A stretch of 33,608 bases of DNA, from the NCBI GenBank assembly GCA_023554435.1, contig JAMJQV010000253.1, forward strand, positions 1 to 33,608, in the 5' to 3' direction. The notes below the pieces were generated by a model that saw nothing but the letters and a program-made list of their open reading frames with translations, ran no database searches and was not told the origin of the DNA. Below are positions 27,657 through 33,608 of this stretch, one piece after another. The stretch comes from Gemmatimonadota bacterium (GTDB lineage: Bacteria > Gemmatimonadota > Gemmatimonadetes > Palauibacterales > Palauibacteraceae). The translations under genes were made by a program, and so were the position numbers. Positions within the stretch are counted from its first letter, which is position 1; every line of letters starts with the position of its first letter.

Positions 27657-28945
27657 TGCTGCACACCCTCACCCGAGTCGACCTCGGTCAGCGCGTCCCA
27701 GAAGCCGGGGAACGACACGTCCACGCACTGGGCATCGTCGACCGTAACGGAACAGCCGGGCCCAACTCCCAGCGCGGCAAACGCCATGGCAATACGATGG
27801 TCACCCCCCGTTCTCACGATTCCGCGCAACGGAGCCGATGTTCCGTGCACACGAAGACCGTCCGACAACTCCTCGCACCGAACACCGAGGGTCCGAAGGT
27901 TCGACACCAGCATCGCAAGCCGATCGCTCTCCTTGACGCGAAGCTCGCTCGCTCCCCGAATGACGGAGACTCCCTCCACACGACTGGCCAGCGCCACGAG
28001 CGCCGGGACCTCATCGATCAGTTGTGGAACAAGACTCTCGTCCACCGCGAAGGGTCGTAGCGAGCGCGCGGTCACCATGAGATCTCCGACTGGCTCCCCC
28101 GCCTCTGTACCCGTCTCCTCCAGATCCACCCGCGCTCCCATCTCGGCAAGAACGCGAAGAAAACCGGTGCGGGTGGGGTTCGCGCCGACACCTTCAATCG
28201 ATACACGCCTGCCGGTAAGCAACCCTGCCACCACGAGGAACGCGGCGGATGAGAGATCGCCGGGCACCGCCGCATCGATCGGCGCAAGCCCCCGATTCCA
28301 GGTGCCACCGCGAAGGCCCACCTTTTCACCCGACTCCCGGGGCTCTGAAGTAACCGGGGCCCCCATGGCGCGGAGGATTCTCTCCGTATGATCTCTGGGC
28401 CGAAGCCGGTCCAAGATCTCCAGATCCGTGCGTCCGGCAAGCGCCGCGAGGAGCAGTGCTGCCCTGACCTGTGCCGAAGAGACGCGCGGCCGATACCTGA
28501 GCTTGCGGAGCGCCCCGCTCGCCCGACCCTCCAATCGCACGGGAAGACGATCCGCCCGTTCTACGTAGCTGATCCTCGCTCCCATGGCTTGAAGCGGATA
28601 GACGACCCGGTCCATGGGTCGAAGCGAGAGAGACGGGTCACCTCTCAGCTCGGCCTCGATGCCGAGTCCGGCTATCAGTCCGCTGAGAAGCCTCGCCGTC
28701 GTACCGCTGTTTCCGCAATCGAGTGGTTCGCGGGGTGACTGCCAGGCTGCGGGCCCGGTCACGCGGAACGTACCCCCTCCAAGATCCTCGACCTCGGCCC
28801 CCAGCTCACGAAGACAGCCGATCGTGCTGGCGACGTCGAGAGAGGCAGGCACGCCCGAGAGGGTTGACTCACCCTCGGCGAGAGTGGCCAGGATCAGGAG
28901 TCGATGTGCAACAGACTTGTCCCCGGGGACCCGCAAGTGGATCAC
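27653..28945 (-). CDS. aroA: 3-phosphoshikimate 1-carboxyvinyltransferase (EPSP synthase)
   Basis: 430-aa ORF with VPGDKSVAHRLLILATLAEG, LDCGNSGTTARLLSG and ELRVKESDRLA motifs. The GTG start overlaps the rnz stop (GTGA). Confidence 0.95.
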   Translation of the reverse strand: MIHLRVPGDKSVAHRLLILATLAEGESTLSGVPASLDVASTIGCLRELGAEVEDLGGGTFRVTGPAAWQSPREPLDCGNSGTTARLLSGLIAGLGIEAELRGDPSLSLRPMDRVVYPLQAMGARISYVERADRLPVRLEGRASGALRKLRYRPRVSSAQVRAALLLAALAGRTDLEILDRLRPRDHTERILRAMGAPVTSEPRESGEKVGLRGGTWNRGLAPIDAAVPGDLSSAAFLVVAGLLTGRRVSIEGVGANPTRTGFLRVLAEMGARVDLEETGTEAGEPVGDLMVTARSLRPFAVDESLVPQLIDEVPALVALASRVEGVSVIRGASELRVKESDRLAMLVSNLRTLGVRCEELSDGLRVHGTSAPLRGIVRTGGDHRIAMAFAALGVGPGCSVTVDDAQCVDVSFPGFWDALTEVDSGEGVQQ

Positions 28946-29874
28946 CCGGGACTCCCCGCCATCTCGTCGGCGAACGGAACTTCCACGCTCAGCCCATCTT
29001 CGGCTGCTACGGCCGGCAGGACCGTCTCGGCTTCCTTGAGAAGGCGGTAGGCCTGCTCGGAGTACCGGGCACTGAAGTGCGTGATCACGAGCTTGCGCAC
29101 CCCGGCCTCCCTGGCCACCGATGCCGCTTCCCTGGCCGTCGAGTGGCGTGTTTCTAGCGCCCGGACCCGTTCCTCCTCCGAAAACGTCGCCTCGTGGAGA
29201 AGGAGATCCGCGCTACGGGCGACCTCCACCGTAGACTCGCAGGGCCGGGTGTCGCCAGAGAACACGAAGGTCCTTCCGGGACGGGTCGGTCCCACCACGT
29301 CCTCGGCCGTCACCACCGTCCCGCCCTCGAGGCGAACATCCTCGCCCCGGTGCAGCCGGCCGAAATCCGGGCCATCCGCAACTCCCAGCTCGCGGGCCTT
29401 GCGGACATTGAAACGCCCGAGCCTGTCATCCTCCACCAGGGCCAGTCCTATCGAGCCCGGGGTGTGCTCGACCGGGAAGGCACGAATCTCGAATCCGCCG
29501 TAGCGCACCGCTTCGCCCGCCGGAAGTTCCCGGACTGCGACCGGGAACTGGAGTCGGTCGCCGCCGAGTTCGATAGCCGATCGCAACGTCGCTTCGGTGC
29601 CGGCGCCTCCCCATACGACCAGTTCGTCCTCCCGCCCCTGGAGACTCATGGTCCGAAGAAGCCCGGGCAGACCGAGATAATGGTCGGCATGCAAATGGGA
29701 GATGAAGATCTCGCGAACTCCGAATCCGACACCGAACCTCATCATCTGTCGCTGCGTGCCCTCCCCGCAGTCGAAGAGGAACATCTCCCCTTCTCTCTGG
29801 ACCGCCACGCTCGACACGTTGCGGCGGACGGTCGGACGCGAGGATGATGTGCCCAGGACGGTGATTCGCAGCAA
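28942..29874 (-). CDS. rnz: ribonuclease Z (metallo-beta-lactamase tRNA 3' endonuclease)
   Basis: 310-aa ORF with LRITVLGTSSSRPT, FLFDCGEGTQRQM and ISHLHADHYLGLPGLL (HxHxDH). The start codon is TTG (plus-strand caa 29872-29874). Confidence 0.9.
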   Translation of the reverse strand: MLRITVLGTSSSRPTVRRNVSSVAVQREGEMFLFDCGEGTQRQMMRFGVGFGVREIFISHLHADHYLGLPGLLRTMSLQGREDELVVWGGAGTEATLRSAIELGGDRLQFPVAVRELPAGEAVRYGGFEIRAFPVEHTPGSIGLALVEDDRLGRFNVRKARELGVADGPDFGRLHRGEDVRLEGGTVVTAEDVVGPTRPGRTFVFSGDTRPCESTVEVARSADLLLHEATFSEEERVRALETRHSTAREAASVAREAGVRKLVITHFSARYSEQAYRLLKEAETVLPAVAAEDGLSVEVPFADEMAGSPG

Positions 29875-30086
29875 AGTCGGAGTCCCGATACAGGTGAAGC
29901 CGATGTCGAATCGCGCAAGCTACCACCAGGCCGCGCAACGTCAACCGGCAGGAGCCGCCATGCGAAGCTCCGGGCACGGAGAATGCACCAGACCGGTAGA
30001 GTTCCGTGCGCACGGCCGATCTGGCGGTGTGCCCGGTCCATTTTGCGCTGTTCAGTTGCACTACGCTTCACCGGAAAGTGTGAGAC
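29875..30086. promoter_or_regulatory. divergent intergenic region expected to carry promoters for the rnz-led minus-strand run and the plus-strand GGDEF-like gene; contains a 12-bp perfect palindrome
   Basis: The flanking genes diverge, so promoters here are inferred. CCGTGCGCACGG at 30004-30015 is its own reverse complement. An extra CACGG half-site sits at 29975-29979. An 8-bp inverted repeat pairs CCGGGCAC (29970-29977) with GTGCCCGG (30029-30036). I could not identify convincing -35/-10 hexamers. Confidence 0.35.
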
Positions 30087-31214
30087 ATGAGCGAGACGGC
30101 GGATGGATACAGGCTCTTGGCCCGACTTCGGGCCCTCGAGCGACAGCTTCGCCGGCTGCGCAACGACTGGGGGGCGTTCCGAAAGGAACCCTGCCGGGAG
30201 ACGCTCACCGAGGTCCGTGAGCGCACGCAACGCTTTTCCGAAGCGGTCGAGGCCCTGGTCATCACCGTCGAGGAGGCTGACCCTCCCGCTCGATCGACCG
30301 ACTGGGGATCCGACGACAACGGTGCCACCCGTGCGCGTCCGGCACCACGCGACGTCGTAGCGGCAAGCCGAGACCTCGACGCCAGGGTCTGGGAAGCTGC
30401 GCAACGCTGGAAGGGTGTTCGCGATGGGAATGGCGGGGCCGACCTGGATCGCCTCGTTTCAGTATTGAGAGGCTCGGTGGACCGACTGGGTACGTTGATC
30501 GTCGCGCTGGGGGGCGATCGACCGCGCCGCCGACCGTCCCGGGCTCTGCCCGCCGTCGACTCGACGAACGCCGAAGTGTCGATCGAAGGAACGGCGGCCG
30601 AGTTGGAGGGGATGCTCTGGAGGCTGCAGGCCGACTGGCAGCAGGTTCGCCGTGCTCCAAGCGTCGATCGCCTGCGCGTTCTCATGGAGAGCTTCCAGGA
30701 GACGGCGAGCGCATGTGCCAACCTACGGGACCTGCGTGGACGAACGGGTCAGTCCCGCTTTCAACACGCTCTCCGGGTGGGTCGGCACCTGAACGACGGA
30801 GTTCGTTTTCTGCCCTACCGGGATCCGTTCACGGGCATCTACAACCGGGAGGGGTTCGACGCCCTGGCCGAGGCCGAGCTGAAGCGGTGCAGGAGGTACG
30901 GACGCGGGTTCGGCCTGCTCGTCCTCGAGATCTCCCCTCCCGACCTCGCCGGGCTGCAGCGGGCCGTTGCCACCGCCCGAGCCGAATTGCGGGAGTATGA
31001 CCTGATCGCACGATACGCAGACGACCTGGTCTTCATCGGTGTTCCCGAGGGCGGCGGGGGCGCGACACGACGGGTCGCCAGTCGAGTGCTGAAGGCCCTC
31101 AGGGCGGGAGACATGGGTTCCTGGTTCCGGCAGCTGTCCTACGCGATCCTCCCCGAAGACGGCTCAACTCTCAGCGGGCTGATTCGCACGGCTCGCGAGC
31201 GACTTCAGCCGTAG
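30087..31214 (+). CDS. degenerate (predicted catalytically inactive) GGDEF-domain protein with repeat-containing helical N-terminal region
   Basis: 375-aa ORF. The C-terminal part, DPFTGIYNREGFDALAEAELKRCRRYGRGFGLLVLE...REYDLIARYADDLVFIGVPE, follows the GGDEF fold landmarks. However, ADDLV replaces GG(D/E)EF and the DxDxFK..ND..GH..GD segment is missing. The N-terminal 240 aa are Arg/Leu/Glu-rich with three related units. Confidence 0.65.
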   Translation: MSETADGYRLLARLRALERQLRRLRNDWGAFRKEPCRETLTEVRERTQRFSEAVEALVITVEEADPPARSTDWGSDDNGATRARPAPRDVVAASRDLDARVWEAAQRWKGVRDGNGGADLDRLVSVLRGSVDRLGTLIVALGGDRPRRRPSRALPAVDSTNAEVSIEGTAAELEGMLWRLQADWQQVRRAPSVDRLRVLMESFQETASACANLRDLRGRTGQSRFQHALRVGRHLNDGVRFLPYRDPFTGIYNREGFDALAEAELKRCRRYGRGFGLLVLEISPPDLAGLQRAVATARAELREYDLIARYADDLVFIGVPEGGGGATRRVASRVLKALRAGDMGSWFRQLSYAILPEDGSTLSGLIRTARERLQP

Positions 31215-32353
31215 CACTCCAGGTCCTCATGGAGACCCGGTTCGGGGACTGATGCCTCCCGGCTCTCGAGCGCATCGGTCTCAGCGGTGTCCACTTCCTG
31301 TATGACTTCCGCCTCGACAGCCCGCATCAGCGACCGATTCCACTGGACCGCATCCTCCGAAGGGCCTTGTTCAACGCCCGCCGGAGCAAGCGGCCTCCCC
31401 AGGTGGGCAAGATACTCCTCGTACTGCCCGACAGGGTCCCGACGGCCCCAGCGCTGAAACAGATCCGGGGACATCATCTGCCTTGCTTCCCGCTCGTCGT
31501 GCGTGGCGTGCCCTCCCATCCGGAAGGTCTCCGCCAGGATCATGGCGGGACCGCGACCCTCCCGGCATTCGGCAACGGCCTCGACCGCCGCCGCGTGAAC
31601 GTCGAGAACGTTGTTGCCGTCGACCCCGTGGGCAGGCATCCCGTAGGCCGCTCCCCAACCCGAGAAGTCCGCAGATCGGTGGTGCTGCGAGAGGTGGGTC
31701 CCGAGGGCCACCTGGTTGTTCTGAATGACGAAAATCACCGGCAGGCGCTGGACCGCCGCGAAATTCAAAGCCTCGTGGACTTCTCCGCTCTTGGTCGACC
31801 CGTCCCCTATCCACGTGACGGCGACTCGGTCCTCAGACCTTCGCTTAAAAGCCAGGGCGTACCCGTTTACCACCGTCGAGACCGAGCCAACCATGCTGAT
31901 TGGAGCCACGACCCCTCTCTCGAAGTCACCGAGGTGAAGATCCCGGCCACGCGTCGGAGCATCGGCGGTCCCCAGGTAGGAACGAAGGAGATCGGCCATC
32001 GGAATGCCCATCTCGGCACAGGCCCCGGCATTCCTGATCATGGGGGCCACGACATCACCACCCGGATAACGGCGAAGTGCGTGCACGACACCGACCGTCA
32101 CCGCCTCCTCTCCCGTCCCCAGCCATGCCTTCGAGATCACCCCCCGCTTGACCCATCGCTTGAGCGCGATGTCATGAAGACGAAATCGAAGCAGGCCCCG
32201 ATACAGCCCCAACAGCGCGTCATCGTCGAGCTGCTCGATGACAGACGCGCGCGCCGGCACTTCGGACAGTATCGTTCGAAAGGAGTCCAGGAGCCGGATG
32301 TCCGGCTCCCATCCCACGTACTCCGGCGGATCATACGCTGGATATCGCTTCAC
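31205..32353 (-). CDS. thiamine-diphosphate-dependent 2-oxoacid dehydrogenase E1 component, alpha subunit
   Basis: 382-aa ORF with the TPP-binding motif GDGSTKSGEVHEALNFAAVQRLPVIFVIQNN (GDG-x26-NN) and GGHATHDE. The start is GTG. No beta subunit gene is adjacent. Confidence 0.85.
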   Translation of the reverse strand: MKRYPAYDPPEYVGWEPDIRLLDSFRTILSEVPARASVIEQLDDDALLGLYRGLLRFRLHDIALKRWVKRGVISKAWLGTGEEAVTVGVVHALRRYPGGDVVAPMIRNAGACAEMGIPMADLLRSYLGTADAPTRGRDLHLGDFERGVVAPISMVGSVSTVVNGYALAFKRRSEDRVAVTWIGDGSTKSGEVHEALNFAAVQRLPVIFVIQNNQVALGTHLSQHHRSADFSGWGAAYGMPAHGVDGNNVLDVHAAAVEAVAECREGRGPAMILAETFRMGGHATHDEREARQMMSPDLFQRWGRRDPVGQYEEYLAHLGRPLAPAGVEQGPSEDAVQWNRSLMRAVEAEVIQEVDTAETDALESREASVPEPGLHEDLECYG

Positions 32354-32517
32354 TCACGGCCCTTTCTGCTCGTCACGCGAACCTGCGCTCCCCACTGGGC
32401 GCAACATGATGTATTATGCTAGCCGACCTGTGAAGTGGTTGCCAGCGTTCACCGTGAACCGTCGGGCTGAAGGCTCTCTGGGGCCAGCCCGCAAGCCACA
32501 TCCCTGGATCCGACCGA
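32354..32517. promoter_or_regulatory. divergent intergenic region between E1-alpha and the membrane protein gene, with a local AT-rich patch
   Basis: The flanking genes diverge. The only AT-rich patch in the region is CATGATGTATTATGCTAG (about 32405-32422), which reads TATTAT on plus and CATAAT on minus. No convincing -35 sits at 16-18 nt on either strand, so this is an inferred promoter zone only. Confidence 0.3.
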
Positions 32518-33608
32518 ATGCCCGACGCGTCATCAGCGAGCCCCGCCACGGGAATCAGGCTTCCGCCCGGTGCCGTCCGCGCCGGGATCACCGTGTTCGT
32601 GGTCGCCACGCTTCTCGGCTTCGGCGCACTGTTCCTGATCACCAACGACCTGCGCGGCAGCATCGCCGGCTTCAGTCACTTCGACATCCGTTGGGCCGTG
32701 CCTGCACTGGCTCTGGCTTCGATGGACTGGTTTGGAAGCGGTCTGAGGATCTGGTTGCTGACTCGCCCCCTGGGCATCCGTTTGCCCTTCGGTCGTTGCA
32801 TGCAGATCGGAGGCGTCTCGGCGGCCCTTGCCTACCTCACGCCATCGGGTACGGGAGGGGGGCCCGCTCTGCTCTACGGCCTGGTCAGGAGCGGCGTATC
32901 TCTTGGTCGAACCGTCGCGACCAATTTCGCCAGCGTGATCGTTAACCTGACGTTCCTGTCTCTTGCTGGCTTCGCGGCCTGGTTCTTCGGGGCAGCCGGG
33001 GCCATCGAGGACATCCGCCTGCCCGTCGCCAACATCTCAGCCGCAACCCTGTTCGAGTGGTCGGCCCTCGGCTTCGCCGGCGTCGGGCTGCTGGTCATCC
33101 TACTCGCCGTCGCACCGCGGCTTCCCCGGTTGCTTCTGCTCCGCCTGTTCGGCCGCAGCGTACGAGTCCGCAAGGTGTTGAAGGTCATGCAGGAGCTGCA
33201 CGGAAGCCTCATCATCTACGCTCGCAAGGGGAAGCTGGCACTTATACTCGCGGTGTTCGCGAATGTCTTTCAGTTCGGCTCGCGATTTGTCCTCGGTTGG
33301 GTCGTGTTGAGGGGTTTCGGCGTGGACGCCGGGTTCTGGAACGTCGTCACACTGCACATCATGCTTCAGTTCCTTCTCTACTTCATGCCCACGCCGAGTG
33401 GAAGCGGCGTCGGCGAAATGCTGGCCCCGGCTCTCATGAGTCCGTTCCTCGAGGACAGGCTGCTTGTAGCCTACACCGCAGTCTGGCGCTTCTTCCTCAA
33501 CTACCTGACCATTATGACTGGAGGCGCTTTGCTCGTTCGATGGATCGGAGTGGACGCCGCCGGAGTATCCAGTGATGGATCCGCGCCCGTCCCCGATGCT
33601 CAGCCGGG
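32518..33608 (+). CDS. UPF0104 / lysylphosphatidylglycerol-synthase-TM-region (flippase-like) family membrane protein; 3' end outside the window
   Basis: Absent from the ORF track because it runs off the right edge. My translation from ATG 32518 gives MPDASSASPATGIRLPPGAVRAGITVFVVATLLGFGALFLITNDL...ALAYLTPSGTGGGPALLY...LQFLLYFMPTPSGSGVGEMLAPALM..., a multi-TM protein with the family's PxPGGxGxxE-like motif (PTPSGSGVGE). The frame stays open to 33608, and in-frame stops at 32431 and 32455 limit the start. Confidence 0.7.
   Translation, partial: MPDASSASPATGIRLPPGAVRAGITVFVVATLLGFGALFLITNDLRGSIAGFSHFDIRWAVPALALASMDWFGSGLRIWLLTRPLGIRLPFGRCMQIGGVSAALAYLTPSGTGGGPALLYGLVRSGVSLGRTVATNFASVIVNLTFLSLAGFAAWFFGAAGAIEDIRLPVANISAATLFEWSALGFAGVGLLVILLAVAPRLPRLLLLRLFGRSVRVRKVLKVMQELHGSLIIYARKGKLALILAVFANVFQFGSRFVLGWVVLRGFGVDAGFWNVVTLHIMLQFLLYFMPTPSGSGVGEMLAPALMSPFLEDRLLVAYTAVWRFFLNYLTIMTGGALLVRWIGVDAAGVSSDGSAPVPDAQP

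Noticed and set aside
32412-32417. A TATTAT (plus) / CATAAT (minus) -10-like element in the E1-alpha / membrane-protein spacer.
   Set aside because: No -35 match sits at 16-18 nt on either strand, and TG is not correctly spaced for an extended -10. I kept it only as an AT-rich patch within an inferred promoter zone.

Overview
This is a GC-rich (by eye about two-thirds G+C) bacterial chromosomal segment made almost entirely of core metabolism and translation genes. I found no rRNA, tRNA, CRISPR array, transposase, integrase or phage-like gene, so it reads as core genome rather than an accessory or defence island. From 29874 down to position 1, all 29 CDS are on the minus strand, separated by tiny gaps or 4-nt NTGA start/stop overlaps. 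The order is rnz-aroA-cmk | rpsA | LpoA-like lipoprotein-pccB-accC-RumA-like RNA methyltransferase-BCCP-methylmalonyl-CoA mutase (catalytic chain)-FmdB zinc ribbon-argS-purM-ribD-ribE-ribBA-ribH-nusB-GT4 glycosyltransferase-hpf-hprK-EIIA-EIIB-EIIC-EIID (mannose-family PTS)-ptsH-ptsI | metK-ahcY (partial, runs off the left edge). Only two intrinsic-terminator-like hairpins interrupt this run, one after cmk and one after rpsA. The right end holds a plus-strand degenerate GGDEF protein, a minus-strand orphan 2-oxoacid dehydrogenase E1-alpha, and a plus-strand partial UPF0104/LPG-synthase-TM membrane protein that runs off the right edge. I did not find a convincing wholly new multi-gene system. 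The items most worth a second look are listed here. (1) The degenerate GGDEF protein keeps an RxxD I-site and carries three unrecognised helical DW repeats. (2) The hpf-hprK locus is wired to a complete, translationally coupled Man-type PTS. (3) Ribosomal protein S1 has a roughly 107-aa acidic N-terminal extension, a 57-bp tandem-repeat E/A/V tail, and a terminator-like hairpin only about 40 nt upstream of its start. (4) Propionyl-CoA carboxylase alpha is split into two genes, with an RNA methyltransferase gene between the halves. (5) Unrelated genes are joined pervasively by NTGA overlaps. All functional calls come from reading the translations and recognising motifs. No database search was run.
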